A DNA stretch of 64,000 bases from an uncultured Acidobacteriota bacterium (lineage in GTDB: Bacteria; Acidobacteriota; Vicinamibacteria; Vicinamibacterales; CAVVIG01). Each line of letters starts with the position of its first letter. Within the stretch, counting starts at the first letter, position 1. The translations under genes were made by a program, and so were the position numbers. The stretch is taken from positions 165,471 through 229,470 of the forward strand of contig CAVUXJ010000007.1 in the NCBI GenBank assembly GCA_963745495.1, read 5' to 3'. Shown piece after piece: positions 20,177 to 30,255 of this stretch. The notes under the pieces are model-generated. The model worked only from the letters and a program-made list of their open reading frames with translations. It was not told the origin of the DNA and searched no databases.

Positions 20177-21317
20177 ATGAAGAACCTCGGTACCCTGTCC
20201 GTGGTGTCGGCGCTCCTCTTCGCGAGTTGCGTCGCCGCGGAAAAAAGCTCGAACCCGCTCAGTCCGTCGGTCGCCGGACCGATTCCCGGCGTCAACATCA
20301 CGCCACCGAGCCCGGTCGAGCCGCGAGACGGGGTGAAGATTGCCGCGGATCAGCAACCCGTCACGTTGCTGCTCACAAATGCCGCCAGCAACGGCGAGCG
20401 CCCGCTGAGCTATGTCTTCGAGGTCGCTACGGACGCGGGCTTCACGAACAAAGTGTTCAAGCGCGAAGGGGTCACCCCCGGCGAAGGCCGAACGGCCCTC
20501 CGGTTGCCCGACCCGCTCGCCAGCGGCCGCACCTACTACTGGCGCGCCCAGGCGGTGGACGGGGCCAATTCAAGTCCCGTTTCCGCGCTGGCGTTCTTCA
20601 CCGTCTTCACGCCGATCGTGATCAATCAGCCTCGGCTGGATTCTCCGATCAACAACGCCCGCATTGACGACCTCAAGCCCGAGTTCAGGATTACCAACGC
20701 GCCCCGATCTGGACCGGTCGGCGCCATCAATTACGTGCTCGAGCTGTCCGACACGGACTCGTTCGCCAACAAGATCGCCATCTGGACGTTCCGGGAGCAG
20801 CCCGAACGAACCAGCTTCGATGCGCCCCACTCTCTGGTGGGTGACAAACAGTTCTTCTGGCACGTGCAAGCATTCGACACGAGCACGAATGCGAGCGGTC
20901 CCTGGTCCGACACGCAGGTGTTCCGTACCGCAGCCCCGGTCGTGATCGCCCCGCCCGGCGGCGGCGGTGGCGGCGGCGCCGGCAGGCCATGCGGTCCCCC
21001 CTATCCGAACCAGCCGTTTGGGATCGTCCAGTGCCGTCGCAGCCAATACGGCCACATGTCGAGCGGCGAGATCGTCAGTCTTCCTGCGTGGGGTTGCGAA
21101 GGACCTCAATGCGGCAGGCATTGACGAAGGACCGTTTGGAATCCTCAGGAAGGGCGGCGGGCACCGCTGCACCAGCGACGGTTCCAACTTCTACTCCTGC
21201 GACCTCATTTGTTCGAGCCGGAATCTCTGGGACGTCCTGATCGACTCGGACGGCGCTCAAAAACCCACCTGGGGCGACAAGAACGACCCGCCCGGCCAGG
21301 TCTGTGAGATTCAATGA
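20177..21317 (+). CDS. lipoprotein with two Fn3-like repeats and a C-terminal domain related to ORF 9911..10486, one frameshift near 21075
   Basis: Lipobox MKNLGTLSVVSALLFASC. Repeats end in ..GRTYYWRAQAVDGANSSPVS and ..QFFWHVQAFDTSTNASGPWS, followed by a G-rich linker. The tail continues in ORF 20967..21317 (..WDVLIDSDGAQKPTWGDKNDPPGQVCEIQ). Confidence 0.65.
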
Positions 21318-21338
21318 ACGCGCGCGCACGATCGCACG

Positions 21339-22898
21339 TCAGTCCCGCCTCTTCGACAAATCGAAGAGCGCCGTCTTCACCGGGGCCCCCTCGAGATCGA
21401 CGCGCTTGTGCAGTTCCAGGTACCATTTCAGCTCCGGCCTCTGGACCTGCAGCCTGGGCCAATCAGTAGCGGCGAAGTACCGGGCGCCGAAGTGTTGCAA
21501 GTTCTGAACGGTCTCGGCGTTGATACTCCGCAGGTCAAAACTCCAACCACGCCGATGCGCGTAGTAGAGCAGCATCGGTGAATTGACTCCGTAATCGACG
21601 ACGACCATGAGGGCATCCGCCGGAACGACGCGTTCCATGGCGACACCGGCCCTGCGGATCGACGTGTCCAGGTTGTTCGGTCTGAAGTGGGACCGCACGA
21701 CTCCGCTGAAGAAAAAGCTCAAGAGTCCAAAGCCGAAAAGCAGCGCCGCCAACGCAAGCGTTGTTCCTCGCCCGTTCCCCACGTGCTTCCCGATGACGGC
21801 GCCATCGAACACCGGCGCGGCTGCCGCGCCGAAATACAGGGCGGCAACCGGCACGAGCGGGAGCTGATAGTAGTCGTGGTTCGAGTTTCCCTTCCCCGCA
21901 ACCAGAATGAAGGCCGCAACGGCGAGGAGCCACAGATCGGGAACGGTCCGCCGCTCATTACGTCGCCAGAAGAACCAGCCGGCGGCGGCGAGACCCAGCC
22001 CGAGCGGCGTCAGATGCAGGAAATAGATCTGACTGGCCATCTTCCGGTAGAACGCGGAGTCGGTGAGCAGCTCCAGCGTGCTCCACTTGGAAAATGAGCG
22101 CCAGGGTCCGGTGGCATAGACCGCAGGATAGGTCATTGTCGGGTACGCGATGCCGAACGTCAGTCCGGTCTCGTGGTAGATCATCACCGCGTGCACGTAC
22201 CACGCGGCGGCAATCACGAAGGCCGACACGAACGCGATGACGAACGCGCGATCCTGCAGAAGGCGGCGGCCCCGGCTGTTCAAGGCGGCCCCGAGAATCG
22301 GCGCGACAATCACGAGAGCCACCGGCTTGGCGAGCCACGCCAACGCTGCGGCGGCAGAACCTGCGGTCAAGGCTCGACGGCTGCCGGTTCGAAAGTACCG
22401 CACGAACCCCAGCAGCCCTGCAATCGAGAAGAACAACATCGGGGCTTCGGGCATGACCGTTCGCCCGTAGTACACGGCGCTCGGCGAAATAGCCAGGAGG
22501 AAGGCCGCGGCCCGGCCGCCTGCCTGGCCCAGCAACTCGGCCCCCAGCGCGTACATCGCCAGTATCGCAGCGACAGAGAAACCGATCGTGACGAATCGAC
22601 CGAGCCGTTCGTCAGGCCCCGTGGCCGTGTAGACAAGCGCCGTCAACGCCGGCACAATCGGAAATTCGCTCTCGACGTATCCGTGACGGCCGCCCCAGTC
22701 GATCTGAGGGTAGAAGATATTGAAGGAGTCTTCGTAGAGGTTTCTGGCAATTGCCGCGGTGTCGACCTGCCTCCAGCGATGAGCGTCAAGCAGCGGCGCA
22801 TCCGCATACAGACATCTGAGGCCGGTGCCGAGCAGCAGAATCGCAAGGAGGGCCACCGTCCCCGGCTGCGGACGCCATGAGGACCGTGAAACAGTCAT
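21339..22898 (-). CDS. GT-C-fold (ArnT/PMT_2-like) membrane glycosyltransferase
   Basis: Intact 519-aa polytopic ORF: LLGTGLRCLYADAPLLDAHRWRQVDTAAIARNLYED.., then many TM helices and a C-terminal soluble domain. Confidence 0.7.
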   Translation of the reverse strand: MTVSRSSWRPQPGTVALLAILLLGTGLRCLYADAPLLDAHRWRQVDTAAIARNLYEDSFNIFYPQIDWGGRHGYVESEFPIVPALTALVYTATGPDERLGRFVTIGFSVAAILAMYALGAELLGQAGGRAAAFLLAISPSAVYYGRTVMPEAPMLFFSIAGLLGFVRYFRTGSRRALTAGSAAAALAWLAKPVALVIVAPILGAALNSRGRRLLQDRAFVIAFVSAFVIAAAWYVHAVMIYHETGLTFGIAYPTMTYPAVYATGPWRSFSKWSTLELLTDSAFYRKMASQIYFLHLTPLGLGLAAAGWFFWRRNERRTVPDLWLLAVAAFILVAGKGNSNHDYYQLPLVPVAALYFGAAAAPVFDGAVIGKHVGNGRGTTLALAALLFGFGLLSFFFSGVVRSHFRPNNLDTSIRRAGVAMERVVPADALMVVVDYGVNSPMLLYYAHRRGWSFDLRSINAETVQNLQHFGARYFAATDWPRLQVQRPELKWYLELHKRVDLEGAPVKTALFDLSKRRD

Positions 22899-23013
22899 CC
22901 GATTCCGGATCGGGAATCGCGCACGGCGACAGTATCGCCGAATCCATCGTGGTTGTCACCACGGACCCGCGCGGCCTCGCAGCGAAGCTGGCCGCCCCGG
23001 AGCATCGACATGC

Positions 23014-23106
23014 GAGGTTCTAGAGGTTCTAGAGGGTGCGCGATCGTCAAACGTGTCGAACGGTTGAAACGCTCAGAGCCCCTGGAACCGATCGAACTCT
23101 AGAACC
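23014..23106. repeat. composite palindrome of GGTTCTAGA words; probable terminator of the OMP gene
   Basis: gaggttctagaggttctagaggg (23014-23036) versus cccctggaaccgatcgaactctagaacc (23080-23106). The right arm overlaps the OMP stop codon (23099-23101). Confidence 0.65.
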
Positions 23107-23819
23107 GGAAGCGAGCGCCGCCGCCGATCTGAAAGCCTCCCACCTTCAGATTCTCCACGCTCGGGAAGATCCACCGAGCCGCCCACGTACCGAATGAAGC
23201 CTCCGACACCGTAGCGGGGATTCAGCAGGTAGCTGACGTCCGCGCCGATGTTGAAAGCCATTCGCCGTATCCGACTGGGTCTCGGGCGCCGGGGTCGCGT
23301 TCTGCGTGCCCGCCTCCACCGTGATGTTGTTCACCACGTCCTGGCTCACGTTGATGAAAGAGGGACCGAACGAGAACGACGCATCCATCTTGTCGGTGAC
23401 TGGCATGGTCCAGATGGCCTGCAGGTGAAACGACTTTTCCGAGTGCTTCGCGTCCACCGTCGTCTGTCGTCTCCACGCGCTGATCGTGAAACAGCGGGTG
23501 AGGCACCGCCGGCCGTCATCTCGGCATCCGCCGAGCCGTCGGCATAGCTGAAGCCGAGCCCGATCGACAGGTCGCGCCATACGCGATAACCGCCACTGAC
23601 GTCGAACAGCCCGCCTGAGCCCACCTTGTGGCTCGTGCTGAGGATCGCCGTCTCGTTGTACACGATCGGCGATGCTTCGACGACGAAGGTCCGTGATGCC
23701 ACCTGAACGCCGGCGTTGACGTCCACGAAGATATTCTTGGTCGTTTGCGCGGCCGCTGGCACGGCGCTCATGGTCAGGGCTGTCGCTACCCACAGAATGC
23801 TTGTCGTCTTGGTCATCAA
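23099..23819 (-). CDS. outer-membrane beta-barrel (porin-family) protein, about 3 frameshifts
   Basis: Signal MMTKTTSILWVATALTMSAVPAAAQ (23346..23819). Middle strands HLQAIWTMPVTDKMDASFSFGPSF (frame of 23146..24159). C-terminus FNIGADVSYLLNPRYGVGGFIRYVGG (23073..261), and my translation of the end gives ..LKVGGFQIGGGARFRF*. Confidence 0.65.
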
Positions 23820-23927
23820 TCTCCTCGCGCGCCGTGATGGATGATAGGTAAGAGTCCGGCGCGATGCATCGCGGGCCGCGTTGAGACACCGCAGGCCGCG
23901 TCAGGACGTGATGGTAGCATACCCGTG

Positions 23928-24891
23928 ATGGTCCGACGCGTCGGGAGTGTGCTGCGACCGATCGTCGCGATCCTGCTGACCGCGTTCGTCCTCTGGAGGG
24001 CCGACCCCTCTGCGGTCGTCGAGGCTGCCGCACGGGCCGATCTTCGGTGGATCGGCATGGCGATTCTCCTCGTCGTCGCTGATCGCGCACTGATGGCCTA
24101 CCGCTGGATCGTGCTCCTCGCGCCGATTCCGCGGATCGATCGTCCTCCGCTCGGCGCACTCATGCGAATCTTTTTCACCAGCACGTTCGCCGGCACGTTT
24201 CTGCCCGCCAGCGTCGGCGGTGACGCGGTCCGCGCCTACGCTCTCGCGCGTCTGCGCGTGGCGCCGGGCAGTGGCGGTGACATCGGTGGTCATGGATCGT
24301 CTGCTCGGCGTCTTGTCCATCGTGCTGGTGGGGATCGTGGGGCTGCTGATCGCCGGCAGCCGGGATCTGTGGTCCACCAACGCCATCGGCCTCTCCCTGC
24401 TGGCGGCCGCATGCAGCCTGCGCCGCAGGCGCCATGGTCGTGTTCAGCGCCAGCGTTTCGCGCCTGGCGCAAACCCTCGCCGAGCGGCTGCCGTTCGCGA
24501 CGTCTGCGCGCGATCGCCGGCGACCTGGTGGCGCGCGACGCGAGCTTACAGCAGCTTCCGCGGCGAGCTGGCGAACGTGCTCGCCGGTTCCATCGCTGTT
24601 CAGGTTCTCCGGGTGATCCAGGCGTACTGTCTCGGCCGCGCGCTGGGCATCGACGCGTCCGCTGCCGTGTATTTCACCTTCATCCCCCTGATTCTTCTCG
24701 TCATGCTGCTTCCGGTGACCATCAACGGGTTGGGGACGAGCCAGGTGGCGTTCGTCTGGTTTTTCGGCCGCATCGGCGTTCCTCAGGCCGAAGCCTTCGC
24801 GCTCTCCGTCCTGTTCGTCGCGCTCGGCATCGTCGGGAATCTCCCCGGTGGCTTCTTGTACGCGTTCAGCCCGCGGTCCTCGCCCGTATGA
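23928..24891 (+). CDS. UPF0104 / flippase-like membrane protein, copy 2, 3-4 frameshifts
   Basis: MVRRVGSVLRPIVAILLTAFVLWRAD..FFTSTFAGTFLPASVGGDAVRAYAL (ORF 23841..24923), then VVMDRLLGVLSIVLVG.. and ..FIPLILLVMLLPVTINGLGTSQVAFVWFF (24220..24891). The stop overlaps the next start as ATGA. Confidence 0.65.
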
Positions 24892-26922
24892 CGGGACTCA
24901 CGCGTGCCCTCGGCGTCGCCTGATCCTGAGTTCCGCCTGGGTCGTCCTCGCCGTGGGCGGTCCGAGCGGAATCGTCTACGCTCTCCTTTTTGCCCTCGCA
25001 ACGATTCCCGGGCTGCCCCTCGGATTCGCGCTCTTTGGCCGCCGACATGCGGCGGGCTGGATTGCCGGCACCTTGTTTGGCTATGCCCTTACCGCGCTGG
25101 GCGTGCTGGGCGATTGTGTACCTGGGTGTGGCGTCGCCTCCCGCGTTCATCCTGGGATGGGGCGTTCTTTGCGCCTCGACCTGGACCGGCATCGCTGCAA
25201 TCCGTGGCCGGGACGCCCAACCCCTCGTCGATCTTCCGGCGTGGGGCCCGGCAGGCACGGCCGCTCTTCTTCTCGTGCTACTCCTGGTTCCGGCTCTGGT
25301 CGGCCGGCCCTTTTCGAAAATCGGCGCCGTGGACGCGGATGGCAATCGCCTCTACCGCGCCTACTTCACCGCCGATTTCGTCTGGCACACGGCGCTGGTC
25401 GCCGAGATGACGAAGCACACGCATCCGCCGCGGAATCCATATCTTGCTTCCGAGCCGGTGCACTACTACTGGACCTACTTCCTGGTGCCGGCGACGCTCG
25501 CGAGCCTCGCCAATCGGAATGTAGAGCAAGCGCTGGAACTGAACGCCTTCTGCGCCGCCCTGCTCTTCATCTCGGCGATCTATCTCGCGGCGTGGGCTGC
25601 CGTGCCCGCGCATCCGTTCGCGGTCGCACTCGCCGTGATGCTGACGACCGTCGCCGCGAGCGCGGAAGGGCTGGCGGCCATCGTCGATCTGGTCCGCCGC
25701 GGACAGTCGCTCGCCGTGCTGCGCGAGCTCAACATCGACGCGATTTCGTCGTGGGCGTTCAAGGGCCTGCGAATCGACAACCTGCCACGCGCCATGTGGT
25801 ATACGCCACAGCACGCGACTGGCCTGCGCGCTCGGCCTGCTTTCGGTTCCGGTCGCAATCTGGGGGGGCGTCCGGGCGCGTGCGGGCGCGATCGCACTGG
25901 CGGGAGCCGCGCTTGCGGCGTCGGTGGCGTTCAACCCGTTGCTCGGCGCCACGTTCTCGACGGTCTACGGTGTCACGATCCTCATCGACGCTGCGCGCCA
26001 GGGCGCCGGCCGCCGCGGGATCGGCCGCCACGCCATCGCCGCCGGGATGGTACTCGCCGCGGTCGGCTGGTGCATCCTGAACCAGATGACCGATGGTGCT
26101 GGCAGCGCACTGCACGTCGGGTTCGCCGACTCCGGCGCGAAACGCGCCCCTGGTGACCTATCTTGCTTTCGTTTGGTCCAATCCTTGTCCCTGCGGTGAT
26201 CGGCTTGTGGCCCAACGACGCCTCCTTCCTCTCACGGGCCCGGCCAGCCATCGTCGGCGTCGCGCTCAGCATCCTCGTGATGTTCTTCGTCACGCTGACG
26301 GTGGACATTTTCTGGGTCGGGTTTCGGGCAGGCAACCTCTTCTCCGTGTTCGTGCCGGCTCTCGTGGCACGTGGCTTGATCGCGCCGGTTCACCACGGTG
26401 GAAACCGTCAGCCATTGGCCTCGCTCTTCTCACGCTCGTGCTCGGGCTGCCGACGACGATCATCGACGCGTACAACACCCAGGATGTCGGCAACAGGCTC
26501 ATGAGCGTAGGGCGGATTTCACTGGACCATCGCCCTGACACCGGCCCAGCAGGAGGGCCTCGCCTGGATCCGCACACAAACTGCAGTGGATGCGATCGTG
26601 CAGGCGGAGCCGGTGATCCGGGAGCGCGAAACGTGGACGCTCATTCCCAGCTTCGCCGAACGCAGAATGGCGGCCGGGCTCCCGATCTCGTTGATGCACG
26701 TCCCGGCGTACGACCAGAAATCGGAGCAGGTGCGGCTGATCTATGCCTCGACGGACGCCGATGCCGCGTGGCGGGCCGCGAAACAGCTTCGCATCGACTA
26801 TCTGTACGTCGACGGCACCGAACGTGCGGCCTATCCAGCCGTCTCGAAGTTCGACGCGCACCCTGAGTACTTCACCCCCGTCTTCGGCAACATGCGAAGT
26901 CAGCGTTTATCGGGTGAAGTGA
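24888..26922 (+). CDS. large polytopic membrane protein with periplasmic C-terminal domain (GT-C-like, unassigned), at least 5 frameshifts
   Basis: Fragments: MTGLTRALGV/LILSSAWVVLAVGG (24848..), YRAYFTADFVWHTALVAEMTKHTHPPRNPYLASEPVHYYWTYF (24990..26156), FNPLLGATFSTVYG (25924..), FGPILVPAVIGLW (26163..), LGLPTTIIDAYNTQDV (26093..), IDYLYVDGTERAAYPAVSKF (26586..). The 3' end is inferred (..EVSVYRVK*). Confidence 0.5.
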
Positions 26923-26941
26923 AGAGGCGCGGCGCGCCCGG

Positions 26942-27256
26942 ATGGCGCAGGGATCGGCGTCGTCTGAGTGGGGGCCGACCCGGACCTTCAAGTCGAAGTT
27001 GGTCGGCTTTATCCGCGCGGGCGAACTGTACGACCCCCTGATCCATGGGGAAACGGTCGGCACGCCTGTCGGTTCGACGAGCTTTGTGCCCGGCAAGGGC
27101 ATCCGCATCGGCGACCAGAACTCCTACGTGCGGTATCAACTCCCGCAGACGATTTCCAGCGGCGAGTTCTCCATGGAAGTCGAAGGCCTTTACGTCTGGG
27201 TCTCGAATCGACCAAGACCGACATCGTTGGGAAGCGCGCTTCGTCCGGCGCGGTAA
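26942..27256 (+). pseudogene. truncated remnant of a LamG-type lipoprotein paralog (related to 18754..19870)
   Basis: ..EWGPTRTFKSKLVGFIRAGELYDPLIHGETVGTPVGSTSFVPGKGIRIGDQNSYVRYQLPQTISSGEFSMEV matches GPWSASASFIAPNTTGYIRGNELYDPLVNGKTVGVPHGPLTFIPGKGVRLESQLSYISYQLPQTLLEGEFSIL. It has no signal peptide, and the rest of the domain is missing. Confidence 0.6.
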
Positions 27257-27320
27257 ATAGCACCCTGAACCCTGCGACTGACGATGAAGGCCAGGTCCTT
27301 CAGGCGTGCCGAGCCGACGT

Positions 27321-28692
27321 CTACGGCAAGGGTTTGACGGTCGGGGGCGCGGGCAGGGGAATGACTTTCCAGTCGCCGAATGCCAGCTCGCGCGCGGCGA
27401 ACTGGTAGACGACCACTCGCTTCCCGTCGAGCCGATCGGGATCCCGCTGCAGCATGGCGCGCGTGGCGAACGCGCCCTCGTCGTTCTGCACGAGGCGATC
27501 GACCGGCCGCCGCAACGTGTAGCTCAATTGCTCGGCGAGGCCCGCGGAGGTGCCCCAGCCCATCGACTCGAGCGCGTAGATGTTGCTGAAGCTGTCGCCG
27601 AGCACCAGCACGTCCGCGTCGCGCGACGACCGCCACGGCGATCCGTCCGGCTGCAGGACGCGCCGCAGCCAGACCGCCTCGGGCGGAAACAGCGGCCCGT
27701 CGTCGGGCAGATCCAGCATCCGCGCGACGTCTCCGGTGTTGCGCACTTCCGGCCGCTCGATCCGGTAGCCGGGATCGGCCGTGACGGGCAGACGCACGTG
27801 CGCCGCGATGAAGCCGCCGAGCAGCTCCGCCACCTCCTCCATCGTTTCGGGCCGCCAGTGCGTGTCCGTCGCGAGGTACTGCGGGCCGCTGCGGCGCGCG
27901 GCGGCCAGCGCCTCCGACGGGTCGAACACCAGCACGCCGTCGCGCCTGAGGTCGTCCACGAACGCGCGGTACGACGGATTCTGCAGTGCGTCCGTCGCGT
28001 CGGCATAGCGACGGGCGAGCATCTCCGGGTGGACGCCCGGCTTGAGCGGCGTCGGCATGACGACGAGCGTGATCCCGCGCGCCTCGAGGTCGCGCCTGAA
28101 CTGCACGATCGCCTCGCGCGGATCGGGCTGCGGCGGCGCCGTCCACTCAGGTGCGGCGGCGACGCGCCGCCTGAGCTGCGCCGGGTCGAGGAATCCGCGT
28201 CCTGTGATGTACTCGACGTCCGGGCGATAGAACAGCCACCCGTCGCGCCCGCGATAGACGCGCTCGTTGCCGACGCCGAGCCAGCCGGTCATCACGACCT
28301 GCGCGGGCGGCCGGAGCGACCGTCCGAGCAGCGATTCAGCCTCCAACGAGCGCTCGAACCCGCTCAGTCCCGCGATCGCGATCCGGTTCATCGGAGACGA
28401 CGAGGCGCCACCCGCTCGGGTGCCTCCGCCGCCAGCGGTCGCACCGGCAAGGTGGGCACGGATCTCACCGGGAAGCGCTGACAGGCGTGACCAGGCGCGC
28501 GGCTGCTCCCTCCGCACCGCGCGCGCGCACGCCGGCCCACTCGACGATCGGCACCACGGCAATCGCCGTCAGGAAAAATGCCAGCAGGAAACGCACGGTG
28601 GCCGACGCGACGGTCGTGCTGTCCATCTCGATCTGGGCGATCTCCTCCCGGCTTCGTCCGCCCGCCGGCAGTGGCTGCTCAGGTGTCGACAT
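27321..28692 (-). CDS. DHHW/AlgJ-AlgX-like SGNH-fold O-acyltransferase partner protein, one frameshift near 28480
   Basis: ATG 28692: MSTPEQPL..TVRFLLAFFLTAIAVVPIV (TM anchor; ORF 28465..29025), then ORF 27321..28562 with ..YLATDTHW (DHHW-type motif) and ..VLVLGDSFS. Confidence 0.7.
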
Positions 28693-30153
28693 CAGAAAAT
28701 GAAATAGATGAACGGGTTGTAGGCTTGTGTGGCCAGCACCGCCACCGACAACACGAAACACGGCCAGGACAGCCGCCGCTTTCGGCAGCGTCAGCGTCCG
28801 CGTCCAGTCCCACGTCTGCGGTGCACTCCACACGATCGCGCCGGCCAGGAGAAACGTCCCCAGGTAGTACGGCTGATAGACCACGCCGGCCAGGAGGCCG
28901 GCGCCTTCCTGCGGATCACCCAGAGCCAGCATGTCGCCCAGATAGCGGACGGCCTGCGGCAGATCGGCCGCGCGGAAGAATACCCAGGTGATCAGCACGA
29001 TCGTGAAGGTGACGCCGACACGCACGGGCGCAGGAAGGCCGCCGTAGAGCGCCGCCTTTCCGCGAAGCCGCTCGAACGCCGAGCAGCGCGCCGTGCAGCG
29101 CCCCCCAGATCACGAAGTTCCACGCGGCGCCGTGCCAGAGGCCGCCAAGCAGCATGACGACGAACAGGTTCACGTACGTGCGGACGCGGCCCTTGCGGTT
29201 CCCGCCGAGCGGTATGTACAGGTAGTCGCGCAGCCACGCGGAGAGCGAAATGTGCCAGCGGTGCCAGAACTCGGTGATGGACTGCGAGCGGTAGGGGGAG
29301 TCGAAGTTCTTCGGGAACACGAACCCGAGCATCAGACCGAGGCCGATGGCCATGTCGGAGTAGCCGCTGAAATCGAAGTAGATCTGGAACGCGTAGGCCG
29401 TGACGCCATACCACGCTTCGATCGGACCGAGCGAGCCCGCCTCGAACGCCAGATCCGCGATCTTCCCGCACGGATTCGCCAGCAGCACCTTCTTCGCCAG
29501 GCCGAGGGAGAAGAACGCGATGCCCCGCGCGAACTTCGTCGTCGTGTACGTCCGCGACCGGAGCTGGTCCTCGATCTCCGAGTAGCGGATGATTGGACCC
29601 GCGACGAGCTGCGGGTACATCGTTTCGAAGCACAGAAAATCGACGAAGTTCTTGATGGCCGCCGAATGGCCACGAAAGACGTCGATGACATAGCTCAGCG
29701 ATTGCAGGATGTACAGGCTGATGCCGAGCGGCAGCGCCACGCGCAGCGTCACATCGAGTCCGATGTCCGGTGAGCCCCAGCCAGTCGACAAGCCCGTTGT
29801 AGCTGTCCACCCCGAAGTTGAAGTACTTGAAGAAGGCGAGCAGGGTGAGGTTCGCGCAGATCGAGATGATCAGGGCGGCTCGTTGCCGTCTCGTCCTGGG
29901 ACCGTCAGGGTCGAGCCTGTGAATCGGACGCGACCAGGACGCGCGGTCCACCGAGAGCGATCACGAGGCCCGCGACGTAGTCGATGAGCGTGGAGAACAA
30001 GAGCAGGAACGAGAACAGCGGGTTCGCCCAGCCGTAGAAGATGAAGCTGAGGATCGTCAGGATCAGGTGCTGCGCGCGCCGCGGAACGGCGTAATACAGC
30101 AGCAGAGCGACCGGGAGGAAATAGAAGAGGAAGAGATACGAGCTGAAGACCAT
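28692..30153 (-). CDS. MBOAT-family membrane O-acyltransferase (AlgI/DltB-like), at least 4 frameshifts
   Basis: MVFSSYLFLFYFLPVALLLYY (29905..30153), FFKYFNF (28992..29951), GISLYILQSLSYVIDVFRG..SITEFWHRWHISLSAWLRDYLYIPLGGNR..LLGGLWHGAAW (28916..29791). My translation of the end gives ..ATQAYNPFIYFIF* with TGATG overlap to the next gene. Confidence 0.8.
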
Positions 30154-30255
30154 CCTACGGCCGAGCCGACCTGGCTCCTGCGCGCCTTCGGCGCTTCAGC
30201 GCGCCTCGCCGAAGCTCGCGTGAGGGTCGCGCGAGCGTAGGCGTGAGCGCCCGGG

